64,000 nt of DNA from Veleropilina oligotropha (taxonomy: Eukaryota), in contig JBEUKZ010000058.1 in assembly GCA_048128005.1 (NCBI GenBank), positions 186,001 through 250,000 on the forward strand, read 5' to 3'. This document shows, piece by piece, positions 1 to 12,721 of this stretch. The stretch's first letter is position 1. The number at the start of each line of letters is the position of its first letter. The translations under genes and the position numbers were made by a program. Under the pieces are notes generated by a model, which did not search any database, was not told the DNA's origin, and was given only the letters and a program-made list of their open reading frames with translations.

Positions 1-170
1 GCAGCTCGATCGGTATTACATGGCATTCATTACCAGTACTATAAGCACCTCGATCGGTATTACATGGCATTCATTACCAGTACTATAAGCACCTCGATCG
101 GTATTACATGGCATTCATTACCAGTATTACATGTATTATAAGCACCTCGATCAGTATTACATGGCATTCA
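1..170. repeat. 44-bp tandem repeat (about 3.5 copies, runs off window start)
   Basis: Unit GCACCTCGATCGGTATTACATGGCATTCATTACCAGTACTATAA recurs at 1, 45, 89 and ~142. Confidence 0.9.
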
Positions 171-1447
171 TTTAACTGCCCAGAATTCAGACCATGCAAA
201 TATTAACAAGAACGACGCGTTCGAAATATGTCTTGACATTTCTTTGTTTCCGTCAAATTTTCAGAACAGTTATAACGTTACAATGGCGAAGTGTATGTAC
301 AGTAGTTTACCACCCCATCGAATGTGACGTCATTCAATGACGATTAATCTAAAGCGTCATCGTAATGACGTCAATTGCTATTTACTTGATATTTGACATA
401 CGTTATATAGCATATATGCATGAAAGTACCCAATAAATGCATATTTTTGCAATAATGTGTCGCGAAAGTTATATACACGACCTACAAATACTCTTGGGAA
501 TGTGTGTACCAATTTTGGTGAAAATTGAGCTGGTAGTTTTCAAATAAATCGACGGATATATATATAAGTATATATGTATATACACACGGACCATTTGATA
601 ATGTCATAAAAATCTTATATCACATGAAAAGCAATATAGATATAAAATGCAAATTAGTCCACAATAAAAATGACAATGTATAACGGTATTCAATACAACT
701 AGCTCCCATGGACCACCATTATAATCAACTTTAAACCTCCTAATTACTCATAAATTGTTCTACATGTAATATGTTGCATTTGACAGCCATAAAAGATTGT
801 CAGTCATTCAGTTCATTGTTCTATAATTAGAAATTTTATTTTTATTTCTATTAAATTGTTGTCAGGACAAAAATATACTATTATTATTGCATACTAATAC
901 AAGTCTATTGCTTTAAAAAAAGTTAACATGCTATATGACACCATTTTCCGATGAATTTATTAGTGTAATCCACATCCACGATTTAAGATGATTTTCAGGT
1001 TTGTGGACAAATTAAGAAGTGCAATATATTGAATGATAACCTCAAACGAGAAAATCTATCGATTTACAGATAATATTAACTCTTAAACATATAACGGCCC
1101 TGACGATACATGTTTCTCTTGTATTAATTGAATTGTGGTGTAAACTACAGAGATTTTGAACAAGATGTTATAAACATCCGATGAATGTTAATGCTAGCAG
1201 TTAATAGCAACAGAAAATTGTTAAACGAAGAAGCTGCTTTATAATGAAGATGAAATTACATTATTATGCGGCCGACACAGTTTCATTGTGGTGTCCTGAA
1301 AATGATTTTAATCTGTTGGCAAAATAGCAGGAATAGATTAGAAATTATTGATCCACCAACCGGCAAATCATAACTCTGAATAAACTCATGTCATAGCAAT
1401 CAAAAATTGTCCTCGGCTATGCAATATTCTGGAAGTAATAACTAAAA

Positions 1448-2990
1448 GATGGACAACTGGCATCCGAACCAGCATCCAGACAGAATGGACAACCGGCATC
1501 CAGACAGAGAATGGACAACCACCATCAAGACAGAGAATGGGCAATCGGCATCAAGACAGAGAATGGGCAACCGGCATCAAGACAGAGAATGGGCAACCGG
1601 CATCAAGACAGAGAATGGACAACCGGCATCAAGACAGAGAATGGACAACCGGCATCAAGACAGAGAATGGGCAATCGACATCCGAACCAGCATCCAGAAA
1701 GAGAATGGGCAACCGGCATCCGAACCAGCATCCAGAGAATGGGCAATCAACATCCGAACCAGCGTCCAGACAGAGAATGGGCAACCAGTATCCAGACAGA
1801 GAATGAATGGACAACCAGCATTCGAACCAGCATCCAGACAGAGAATGGGCAACCGGCATCAGAACCAGCATCCATATAGAGAATGGGCAACCGGCATCCA
1901 AACCGGTGTCCAGCATCCAGACAGAGAATGGGCAACCGGTATCCAGACAGAGAATGGGCAAACAGCATCCAGACAGAACGGGCAACCGACATCCGAACCA
2001 GCATCCAGACAGAGAATGGGCAACCGGCATCTGAACCAGCATCCATATAGAGAATGGGCAACTGGCATTCGAACCAGCATCCCGACAGAATGGGAAACCG
2101 GTATCCGAACCAGAATCCAGACAGAGAATGGGCAACCAGCATCCAGACAGAGAATGGGCAACCGGCATCCGAACCAGTATCCAGACGGAGAATGGGCAAC
2201 CAGCATCCGAACCAGGGTCCAGACAGAGAATGGGCAACCGGCTTCTGAACCAGCGTCCAGACAGAGAATTAAGGCAACCAGCATCCAGACAGAGAATGGG
2301 CAACCGGCATCCGAACAAGCATCCAGACAGAGAATATTTAGGACCAGGACAACCAGCGTCCAGACAGAGAATGGGCAACCGGCATCCAGACAGAGAATGG
2401 GCAACCAGCATCCAGACAGAGAATGGGCAACCAGCATCCGAACAAGCATCCAGACAGAATATTTAGGACCAGGGAAACCGGCTTCCAGACAGAGAATGGG
2501 CAACCGGCATCCGAACCAGGGTCCAGACAGAGAATGGGCAACCGGATTCTGAACCAGCGTCCAGACAGAGAATAGGCAACTGGCATCCAGACAGAGAATG
2601 GGCAACCGGCATCCAGACAGAGAATAGGCAACCAGTGTCCAGACAGAGAAAGGGCAACCGGCATCCAGACAGAGAATGGGCAACCGGCATCCAGACAGAG
2701 AAGGGGCAACCAGAATCCAGACAGAGAATGGGCAACCGGCATCGAGACAGAGAATAGGCAACCAGCATCCGAACAAGCATCCAGACAGAGAATATTTAGG
2801 ACCAGGACAACCGGCATCCAGACAGAGAATGGGCAACTGGCATCTGAACCAGCATCCAGCTAGAGAATGGGCAACCGGCATCCGAACCAGCGTCCAGACA
2901 GAGAATGGACAACCAGCGTCCAGACAGAGAATGGGCAACCGGCATCCAGACAGAGAATGGGCAACCGGCATCCGAATCAGCATCCAGACG
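1448..2990. repeat. Compound minisatellite: 26-bp unit interleaved with a 12-bp unit
   Basis: CATCCAGACAGAGAATGGGCAACCGG repeated throughout, irregularly mixed with CATCCGAACCAG; explains all repetitive ORFs here. Confidence 0.95.
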
Positions 2991-3008
2991 GAGAAAAAAC
3001 CTGTTAGT

Positions 3009-4580
3009 AACTAGATATGTCTGAGTGACACGAATGGCTCCGCTGAAACAACTGCCCAGGAATGAAAGAAATTTGAAGTGAACAGCCGTAACTCTCTTAT
3101 TACTCTTCAGCAGCGAATCGGGTCCAAAACGGCCTGAAAATCAATATACATTAGACCTTATATTTAGTAGCCATGCACATGACGCGCATACTATTTCCTG
3201 ACCTGCGTACATGTGCGGAGTATTTACTATCGAAGAAAAATCGGTAAAAAACTGTTGTTTTCTATTACTTAGGCCTACCAAGATTTACGTTGTTTAGCAA
3301 GTATATATAGATTAGTGTGAACGTTTCGACATCAGTATATGAAAGTAGGAACTTATCGCAATGTATATTGTTACTTTTACATAATGAATGGCTGTGAAAT
3401 GCTATGCCGAAGTGTGAATTATGTTACTAGAAGACCGCATGTCGAAGAATATGTCAACATAGGTCATAGCATAGGTCAAAATGACAGCACTGGTCAATGG
3501 ATTGACCCTGGATGCCACGCCCCCTACATTGATCAGCTGATATCGATGTTTACTTTTCGGCTAATAATTACATAACAAAGATGGTAAATATATTTGATTA
3601 CACAATAAATGTTTATAGACTAATTACGAACTGCTAATACATGTAGCATTTGATTGATCACTGGTATTTACAAGCAATGTTTGCGTTTCTGTACTTGACC
3701 TCTTTTGCATGACGTCATTGATATGGAAATGCATTTGTGTGACGTACCTCTGTTTGACACTTGACAACAACGTTATAATAAGTATAATTTCTAAATTAGT
3801 TATTTTATTGCACGTGAATATATACTAGGAAAGTTATATTTATAATATTTATTTATATATGTAAATATATACACACACGCACACATGTATATATAATATA
3901 ATGACACATATAATATGCAAGCACATTCATGTGCAGCACACCTACATACATTTATGGCTAATATAACTAACAAGTAATATTATACTATTCTGTAAACTAC
4001 AAACATTCCTATTCTGAATGACCTAATGTTTCTATAATTTTATTACAGCCTGACCTGAGGAATGCAAGCTGGGTTCGAGTTTACCCCCCCCAATTTTCTC
4101 AATTTTTTGGTATTGTTTTCATATTCCAAAAGTAAAAATAGAAATAATTGGTTTATACCTTAGATTTTATTTATATAATTCATTTTATGAACCAGCATAG
4201 TTATTATGACCAAATATTGTTCTACATGTTCTCTGTAAATTTGTAATATCACATATATCAAAAAATATATTAAATTTTATTTTTTTATTGTTTGTAATTG
4301 TTATTTGTGAGCAACCCTGTAAAAATATGATGTAACAATGCAACCATTACAAAACATTACTTTGAAGATCATTCTATTATCTTTCATGTGATATATTATA
4401 AGTTTATATGGGTTGTGAGCAGGAATATGTGTCATATAGTAAATCTACAAATGTCCTATGACAAACTAAAGGTTTTTCCCAATTAAATTCAGCTGCCAAT
4501 TAAAGAGTTAACATTGCATTTACGCAGACGTACATGGCAGCAACAATATCCCCCGCTACCCTTCGGCGGGGGATAAAAAA
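3009..4580 (+). mobile_element. Helentron-type non-autonomous element (HINE-like), probably with an internal insertion
   Basis: Starts AACTAGATATGTCTGAGTGACAC; ends in palindrome ATCCCCCGCTACCCTTCGGCGGGGGAT plus A-run. Confidence 0.55.
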
Positions 4581-4742
4581 TAGATATGTCGGAGTGACAC
4601 AAATTTTATTAAGTATTGACACATTCAAAACTTATAATAGGATAGGAATACGTATATATATATATATATAGGAATACACCTGCATGCAGGAATACACGTG
4701 TATGCCAAATATACATTTATGCCATCAGCCTTCATTTTCAGA

Positions 4743-5015
4743 GGCTTCTTCGGCCGCGCAGTGGGTAGAGTGTTCACTCTAAATTCACTGGCTTGATTCC
4801 GCTAATGCGAACACTCAGTGGTGCCCGGTTCAATACCTGGCTGAGGCATTGAAATTTGTTCAAGCTATGAATCACAGTTGTCCGTGACTGGCCGAAGAGG
4901 GCGGGTTTACCCGGGCGACCGGGGTTTCCAGAGTCCCGCGATAACACGGACATGTCCTGCCTTGAACCTCGATGTTGTAAATATACAGGACATTAAGCAT
5001 CATTCCTCATCCTCC
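4743..5015 (+). mobile_element. tRNA-derived SINE with 11-bp TSD
   Basis: A-box-like GGCCGCGCAGTGGGTAGAG, B-box GGTTCAATACC, (TCC)n tail; TCATTTTCAGA at 4732-4742 and 5016-5026; close copies at 37165 and 51571. Confidence 0.85.
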
Positions 5016-6735
5016 TCATTTTCAGATTATCGCCCGGAATTGTGAATCCACCAAGATATTCTGATCATACACCGACATATTAAATATCACTTCATTATAT
5101 GAATTGCAGGCATTTAGCAAATCAAGGGTCATAATTCTCTTAGTAATGATATCCGAATTTTACCGATATCGAACTCCACCTAGATATTTTCAATTTTTGA
5201 TCACAAGCTTGCAACCACAATGCATTATCAACTTATTGCCCGGTATCATATGAAATTTACACCCCCATGAAATAGTCACCCGGGGTGAATATTCGAAATC
5301 ACATTATTTTTATGTGATTTGTGATTATTTTATGTTAAACTATATTCATCATATTACAATAATTAGTATAAGATATATGCATATAAACATGCATATTACA
5401 ATAATTAGGATAAGATATATGCATATAAACATGACATTGCAAGGCGCGAAATTGACGGGAAGCAGGCGGCAAATGCCGCTCAATTGTGACCATTTGCCGT
5501 CCATGTAAATCTTGGGACGGCAGGCACTGCCGCCCAGTCCTTTTACAATATTTGTTGTTTGCATTCCTTAATAGAGCAATATGTCGATATTGCGTAACTT
5601 TTTGTTGCTTTTATAGATATCGTTTAATCATAGTCTCCGCCCCGTTTCATGTTGCGCAATATTTCTGTCGCTATGTTTGACTAGTTTACGATGTTTGTTG
5701 TTTAATTTTATGCGTGCACACTGGGTCAGCTGTCATAGCATTTCCGGGTTAGCAGAGTATATAAAATTCGTTCAGTTACCCAAATTAACAATAATTCTCA
5801 AGAAAGGTATGCATTGAAATTACCAAGGTTAAAAGATGAACTGGTTATTTACCTTTTATTACTTAGAACATTCAGAGAATGCTGGCGAAGTCTGTTTACG
5901 GTACCCAAACTTTCGAGACATGACACCATTACACATCCAAGTCGAGGACACATTTTTGAACGCACGCTTTATATCATTTGCATTGTCCAGAGTTGCAAAG
6001 AGTTCGCACTGAGTTATAACACATGTCTGACTCTGGTGATATTCATCTGCAGCTGTGTTACTGGTGAAATTTAGCTACAGCTTGATGTTAAGATTATCAA
6101 CAAAACAACACAATTTCATTTTCGGAATTGTTGTATTGTGACATTATGAGAATAACAACATAGAATTAAAGCTGCGAGCAGCTGTGAGGGCTTCAATCAG
6201 ATAAACGAAATAAAAAAAGACGTAAAATATCAAAAAATAAAAAAGTTTAATTTAAAAAAAAAAAAAACTACAAAAAAATACTAAATTTAAAAAAATATTT
6301 TTTATATTTTAAGATATACATATGGCCACTCTGAATCGAATGCCGCCAATCTTAGATTTCTACGCCGAAAGTGCTAGGGGGGCCGGAAAATTTTGAAACC
6401 TAGATGCTATGAAATGCTGTTTGACTGACCAACAGAATATCAATGTTTTCACCTCGCTATTGTGGCGCTAAAGCTGCCAAGTCGACTGAAATCAGCTCCG
6501 TAATTTTTCTGCTTTTTCAATCGGAAATCGTATAAGCTGGACTATCAAAATAATACCAAAACGTACTTAATAACGAAGTCTTCGGAAAGCAATGACTCTT
6601 GGCCCTGAATGAAGTTGTACAACAAAGTTATCTGGCGGTGAAGATTATTTTGTATTCGTTATATACAACTAAATTTTCTCTTCTCGACCAACGTGAGTAA
6701 TTCACTGTCTCTGCCTGCTTTCACACCTCGGAACA

Positions 6736-8699
6736 ATGGCTCTACTGCAGTACACAACACAGCAGCTACTCGCCATGTCAAATCTGCTATGCAGTAAACG
6801 CCTGAGTGCACCTGTGTATGGGACAATAAAATCGCTTCACATATCAAGATTCCACAGGGGATCCACAGGAGGGCGTAACCACCAACGACATATCCCAGTA
6901 TTGATTACAAAAAGATTAAAGGTCGTGGCTACCGAGAGCAACGGAATCAACACTGACAACATCGTGCCTATACTACACGGAGACGTCATTCCATATGCCT
7001 CCCGCGCGATCATTGGATCAAAACTCATGCTTGGCGTTCTCAATACGCAATCCGCCAGGAACAAAGCAGACCGTATCCATGACGTCATTATCGAGCACGA
7101 CATAGACATTATGGCCCTGACAGAGACGTGGCTCACATCGTCTAGAAAGGATGAATTCTTTGTTAAATCGCTCTCTTTGTCTGGATACGACCTGTTCAGT
7201 GTTCCCCGGAAGGGAAATATGGGTTACGGTGGAGTTGCTATACTGTATAAACGCAATCTGAGGGTCAGTACCAGGTCATCTGCGCAAGGTGGTGAGACAT
7301 TTGAATACTGTGAGACACTGTTTCAGAACGAGTCAAGATGTTTGAATGTCATAGTTATATACAGGCCACCACCATCTAAAAAGAACAAATTTACGACCAA
7401 CAAGTTCATTGAAGAGTTCAGCATGTTCATGCTTGATCGTCTTGACTCTGCCGGTGAGCTAATACTGGTTGGAGATCTGAATTTTCACCTCGATAAATCA
7501 TCTGACCCAGACACCAAGAAGTTTATCTCCCTACTTGAGAACTTGCACTTTAAGCAGAACGTTTCATCCGCAACACATCGTTCTGGCCATATACTGGATG
7601 TGGTAATCACTCGTGACAACGAAAACATCTTGCAAGACTTCACTGTCAGCGACTTGATTTCTGACCATCACCTACTGCTATGCACGATATACCATCCAAA
7701 GCCCTCACCCGTTCGATTAACTATCACTACCCGGAAGATTCGAAACATCAATATGGCCGACTTTCAACAGGAATTGGAATCCCTTCCCATACCTGATGAT
7801 CAAGATGTCGTCAGTCTCACAGACCACTATTTTCAGTCGCTAACTCTTGTCCTCGATCACCACGCCCCTATCCGCAAAAAGACCATAACTATCCGTCCTT
7901 CACAGCCTTGGTTTTCTGATGAACTACACCGAGCTAAATGCGAGAAACGTAAGATGGAGCGAACATGGAGACGAACGCGACTTACTGTCCATAAAGATAT
8001 CTTTAGAGAGTCTAGGAATGCGTATAACAACATGCTGGATGCGGCTCAAAATCGATTCTACAACAATAAAATCGAAGAATGTGGTAACGACGCCAAAGCC
8101 GTGAGTCGCGTGATGAAAGAAATTCTTCAAAACAAGAAGGAGTGCAGACTACCTGACCACTCTTCATCGAAAGAACTTGCAAACAGGTTTGCCCACTTCT
8201 TTGATTCGAAAGTATCCTCCATCCGTGCCATGCTTTTTGTCGTGAATCAAGTACCTGATTTTCACGTCCCTCATGTCAGTCACTCCTACGCTGATTTCTC
8301 ACCTATCACCGAGAATGATCTTCGAACAATCGTGATGAAGTCGCCTACCAAAGGATGCTCGCTTGACCCAATACCAACACGTATGGTTAAAGAAGTCATA
8401 GAGTCACTTCTCTCACTGATGACGATATTGATCAACTCCTCTCTAGTTGCAGGAATCGTCCCTGTTAGCATGAAAACGGCCCTAGTATTTCCTCTACTCA
8501 AGAAACCTTCCATGGACAGTGAAGTGCTCAAGAACTATCGCCCAGTTAGTAATCTGTCGTTCCTGTCCAAGGTACTCGAGAGAGTTGTGACAAAACAGCT
8601 ACAGTCGTATATGGACATGCATGATCTGCACGATCCAATGCAGTCTGCCTACAGGGCTGGACATAGCACAGAGACTGCACTCACCAGAGTCCAAAATGA
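6736..8699 (+). CDS. LINE ORF2 5' part: apurinic-type endonuclease and start of reverse transcriptase
   Basis: Motifs LNTQS, ALTETWL, IYRPP, VGDLNFH, GHILD, SDH, PLLKKP..NYRPVSNL, QSAYRAGHSTETAL. Confidence 0.92.
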
Positions 8700-8728
8700 G
8701 GTTTTTAAGTAAACCTAATATTAGTATA

Positions 8729-8936
8729 AAACATACTTACGTCCTTACTCTTGCCATAATAGTAATATTATCGCTAACCGGAAACAGTGAATATGTCACA
8801 TCATGCACTATTTATAAGTCAAAACGTACCACGATTACCTCCCCTGCTACCCCTCTCCTACGTTCCCCCAGCGAGATCTCGCCAAGTCTCGCGCGACTTC
8901 AGAACCGTCGAAGTCACAAGACCCCAATTCAAAGTT
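8729..8936. repeat. DIRS inverted terminal repeat (element 3' LTR)
   Basis: Reverse complement of 12500-12707 with no mismatch seen; ORF track gives the same peptide from both (8787+ and 12649-). Confidence 0.95.
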
Positions 8937-8997
8937 CAAAAACCCCAAAGGAACGTAGTAGAGGGGAGGAATGCGAAACGCAGGGTGGGTAACCGTG

Positions 8998-9088
8998 GTA
9001 AGGACGTAAGTATGTTTTATACTAATATTAGGTTTACTTAAAAACCTCATATGTAGTTACAAACATACTTACGTCCTTACTCTTGCCA
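8998..9088. other. DIRS internal complementary region (ICR)
   Basis: 8998-9050 = reverse complement of 8696-8748; 9047-9088 = reverse complement of 12680-12721; halves overlap at TCAT. Confidence 0.92.
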
Positions 9089-9581
9089 GAATAACCTTGG
9101 ATAGGTGGGTAAGACGTTCCTTACAGCAAACCCAAACAAGATAATGACTTACTGTTCACCCTTTCAATCAGCATGAAGCGTCGATTGTGTCCGCCCAGAG
9201 TTGAATTTACTGAGTATTATATTCTACTCTTACCCGGCGAGAATTTCGACCAGTGTTACCGGGAGAATACGCCGTGGTGTTAGTCGGACGAGGTGAACGG
9301 AAGTGCAATCAGCCCCAGGCACGGCCGGAAGGATAAATCCCTGTAGGTCTTACGTGTCATGGACCAGTGGCAGCCAAATGGAACTCCGGGCCTATAGGCC
9401 GGTAACCAGAGGATGCAGTCGGATTTGTAAGCACACGGAACCTAACAGGTTGTGAAAGCTTTAAATCAAAGCAAAGAATTAATAGATTATTATAAATAAT
9501 CGATATTAATAAGTAATTCGCATGACCAACTTGCGAATGCTAACATGGACGACATGTCACTTAAAATAAATTTTAAGGAAG

Positions 9582-11741
9582 CTAAGCACGCTTAGAAGGC
9601 TTCGGGGCCCGGGTGGGCCCTGAGCGCTTCCTCGAGTCGGCAGGTGGACCCCGGGTGGGATGCAGTACTGCCTTCTCGATGGCACGGTCCTTCATGTCCG
9701 CCGCTCTCTTGTCAACGAACTCCGAAAAGTTGTCACCAAAGAGAGTGGTGGCCGAGCAAGGTACGCATCGCAACGAGCGCCGGGTGGGCTCGTCCAGCGA
9801 GGTACCTTCCAGGCAAGCATCCCTACGAAGTAGGAGTGCATTGCCCAGGACACGTCCCGTCTCCAACGCGCTGGTCTCCTGTGCGGCAGCAACCTCCTGG
9901 AGGAAGGACAGGGCAGCCTCGGGGGCGCCGGGTCCATTCTCCTGTAGTACTGCTATCGCGCCATCCAAGAAGAAGTCCTGGACAGACGATAGCCGTAGAG
10001 CCCGTCGGGCGGCGCTCTCGAAAGCTTCCAAGGCGGACCAAGGAACTTTCGCTACGGAGGGAGTGTGACTAGCGGTCAGTCGACGCAACGAAGCGTCAAC
10101 ATGAGCCGGCTCAGTCGCCAGGCACGGACCAGTGCATGCGAACGGGATCGTTCGCGAACTGGCCCGGAGGTACCTCCCACTACGGAACCCCGAAGGGAAC
10201 TCGGTCAGCGGGGAGGACTCCACCGGATTGCGCCCCTGAACGAGCTTGGTGATCGAGTCTACAACCAGATCCACCAACCCGGACTGAGGTAAGGAGGGGA
10301 GCTCGGGGGCTTCCCTCGCAACAAACCGATGTGCTGCCGTCCTGTGTTTGACTACGTCTACAGCCGACCGAGTCGGTTCCGACAAGCCAAGCACCCCGCG
10401 AAGTGACGCAACAGCGTCGAGCCTTCGGCGGGTGGAGGAGGTCGGCTCCTGCGTGCCTGTAAGACTAACGTCTTCGGGCCCGACCGATTCAGGGAGGTCG
10501 GTATGATTGGAATCGAGGTCCTCGCCGGAACGAGGGTCGATCTCCATCACTGAGGCAGGAGCCGTGCTCTGCGCCATGGGCAGATGTGTAGGTACCTGGT
10601 GCGGCTGGGGAGCCGTCGGCCAGGCCTTACACCGTTCCTCGATCCCCGCCGCGATCCATGCCTGGACGTTCTCAAAAGAGAAACCCGGAGGCAGGACGGG
10701 CGTCGAACTAACAGCCGGTAGTTCTGTCGAGGTAACCGTGGCGCTAGGTAGACGGGCTGCATAGACAGGTGGTACCGAGGACCAGGGTCCAAGGGCACGT
10801 GTCGAGGGGTCGAACCCGAAGGACTGGCCCGGAGGCGCAGTCAGTGGGCCGGACGACCGATAGAACTGCGGCAACAGTTCCGATCGGTCTACCACTCTGT
10901 TCGATCGAGGTACGGTCGGAAAACCGCCGTAGAACCCCGTCCCGAACGCAGCCGGTCTGTCCACGTTCTCTAGCGTGACCACGGGGGGTGCACGGGAGAG
11001 AACGGGCCCTCTGAATGTCTCGTGAGCTTCGAGGTTGAGCGGAAAACCCCTAGGGGAAGTCGCGTCGGTCTCGATCGAGGATTCAGGTGTCGCCGATTGT
11101 CCGAGTCTTAGACCTACAAGTAGGTGCCCGGCCTCTTTAAAGGCTTTCTCTGCATTGGGTCTGTCACCGTAGGAAGACGGTGAGTTTCCCGCAGAAGGAC
11201 TAACTGTCCCCTTATTCTTCGAGGCCGAAGAATAGGATGGGGATGGTCTGCCCTGTTCAGCTGTTCGCTGCGCTGTCATATATACCTTGCTAGCCGGCAA
11301 GGTATGGCTGACTGCAGTTACTAGGCCCGGTTGAGGAGGAACGGTCGACACTCGGGTCTTTACCTGAATCTGGGGTACCGGCAAAGTTTCGGTGACTCCC
11401 CCAAGAGTCGCGGAGGTTTCGCCGGCGGATCCGGTGACAGACGTCCCCTTATGTCGGCTGTCGTCCAGCGTCCCTGAAGCAGACAAAGAAGAAACATTAG
11501 CCCCTAACTTACCAGTCTCTTCCTGACCCTTCTCCGGGGGAGGACCCACCGTGGCAGCCGCCCTGGTCGACTTACCCTGGTGAGACAGAACCGCCCACTG
11601 CTTATCTGATAAAAGAAAGCACAGATCACACTGATTGTTAATACTACAGTTACGGTGAGAACGACATTCCTTGTGCTTATCAAATCCGTGAATTTTCTGG
11701 TTACACCCGGAGCTACTGCACCGGACCATAGCTAAATACAC
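9582..11741 (-). CDS. DIRS Gag-like ORF1, 719 aa
   Basis: Uninterrupted GC-rich ORF; N-terminal Cys/His cluster (CSSSGC..HKECRSH..C..CDLC), Pro/Ser/Thr-rich linker, C-terminal helical NALLLRRDACL..LRCVP..LFG region as in DIRS gag, basic tail. Confidence 0.8.
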   Translation of the reverse strand: MYLAMVRCSSSGCNQKIHGFDKHKECRSHRNCSINNQCDLCFLLSDKQWAVLSHQGKSTRAAATVGPPPEKGQEETGKLGANVSSLSASGTLDDSRHKGTSVTGSAGETSATLGGVTETLPVPQIQVKTRVSTVPPQPGLVTAVSHTLPASKVYMTAQRTAEQGRPSPSYSSASKNKGTVSPSAGNSPSSYGDRPNAEKAFKEAGHLLVGLRLGQSATPESSIETDATSPRGFPLNLEAHETFRGPVLSRAPPVVTLENVDRPAAFGTGFYGGFPTVPRSNRVVDRSELLPQFYRSSGPLTAPPGQSFGFDPSTRALGPWSSVPPVYAARLPSATVTSTELPAVSSTPVLPPGFSFENVQAWIAAGIEERCKAWPTAPQPHQVPTHLPMAQSTAPASVMEIDPRSGEDLDSNHTDLPESVGPEDVSLTGTQEPTSSTRRRLDAVASLRGVLGLSEPTRSAVDVVKHRTAAHRFVAREAPELPSLPQSGLVDLVVDSITKLVQGRNPVESSPLTEFPSGFRSGRYLRASSRTIPFACTGPCLATEPAHVDASLRRLTASHTPSVAKVPWSALEAFESAARRALRLSSVQDFFLDGAIAVLQENGPGAPEAALSFLQEVAAAQETSALETGRVLGNALLLRRDACLEGTSLDEPTRRSLRCVPCSATTLFGDNFSEFVDKRAADMKDRAIEKAVLHPTRGPPADSRKRSGPTRAPKPSKRA

Positions 11742-12499
11742 GGGAGGGTGGTAGTGGGTAGACGGGGTAGGTAAATAGGTATATGTAAGGTAGTTGTGAC
11801 TTTACTACGACAACTCACAGAATTGCCCTGATCTGAAGATCAAAGATCAAGCAATATACCGCAAAAGCGCAAAAACCCCGAACTGGGAACACCGAGGTCG
11901 GGTATTTACCCGACACGACCCGGTAGCCCGGCAAATTGACTAGAACAAACGGGGGTTCTTTCTTCGAGAAAACCGCCCAGAAAAACACCTGAAAAGCCTC
12001 GTGGATGTTTTTATGTTAGTACAATGGCGTATTATCCCAGAAACGGCAGGATATCAGAATCACTTAAAGGAATATCAGAACAGTCCTGCCTTTTAACAAC
12101 GCTAGAATTTTTATATAATAACAACCAGCAATAGCGTCGTTAAGGAATTATCCAATATAATGAGTTACCTGTTTGCAGTCTCAAACAATATCAGATAAAT
12201 ATACCGACCAGAATTTCTCCTATTACACGAAACTTCCCCTCTGAGCGGCCATGCTTTTCCCTGCAACAGCGGCGATGTCGGTTTCACTGATTTTCAGAAC
12301 TTCTTGAAGCTTAAATCACAATCTTCTTATTCACTAGTGTTTTGATATCCACAACACAGTGTTAAATCCAACTTATATTATCCTAAGGGTGTAATTCCTT
12401 GTCGATATAAGTATTTTAAAGCGTCCTCGACTTTAAACAAAAAAATCGAAGATCGAAATAATTGCGGAGCAAAAAACACGTCTTTCCGTCTTCGCGGAA

Positions 12500-12707
12500 A
12501 ACTTTGAATTGGGGTCTTGTGACTTCGACGGTTCTGAAGTCGCGCGAGACTTGGCGAGATCTCGCTGGGGGAACGTAGGAGAGGGGTAGCAGGGGAGGTA
12601 ATCGTGGTACGTTTTGACTTATAAATAGTGCATGATGTGACATATTCACTGTTTCCGGTTAGCGATAATATTACTATTATGGCAAGAGTAAGGACGTAAG
12701 TATGTTT
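12500..12707. repeat. DIRS inverted terminal repeat (element 5' LTR)
   Basis: Reverse complement of 8729-8936. Confidence 0.95.
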
Positions 12708-12721
12708 GTAACTACATATGA

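Larger units (their letters stand above)
8696..12721 (-). mobile_element. Non-autonomous DIRS1-like retrotransposon (inverted LTRs + ICR + gag only)
   Basis: Inverted 208-bp terminal repeats, ICR complementary to both termini, ATGA at both junctions (8696-8699, 12718-12721); removal restores the LINE reading frame. Confidence 0.9.

Noticed and set aside
1449..3014. Many long ORFs (up to 374 aa) on both strands
   Set aside because: Translations of the 26/12-bp minisatellite in all frames; no splice or domain evidence
4743..4830. tRNA gene
   Set aside because: No full cloverleaf; it is the head of a multi-copy SINE with TSDs
9613..10978. Plus-strand and alternate-frame ORFs overlapping gag
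   Set aside because: Shadows of GC-rich sequence; no RT, RNase H or tyrosine recombinase motifs
8700..12721. DIRS insertion as a spliceable intron of the LINE
   Set aside because: GT occurs at 8701 but there is no AG acceptor at the right junction to restore the frame
12702..12721. Independent start codon for a 400-aa RT protein
   Set aside because: The ATG and first codons lie in the DIRS terminus; chance in-frame extension
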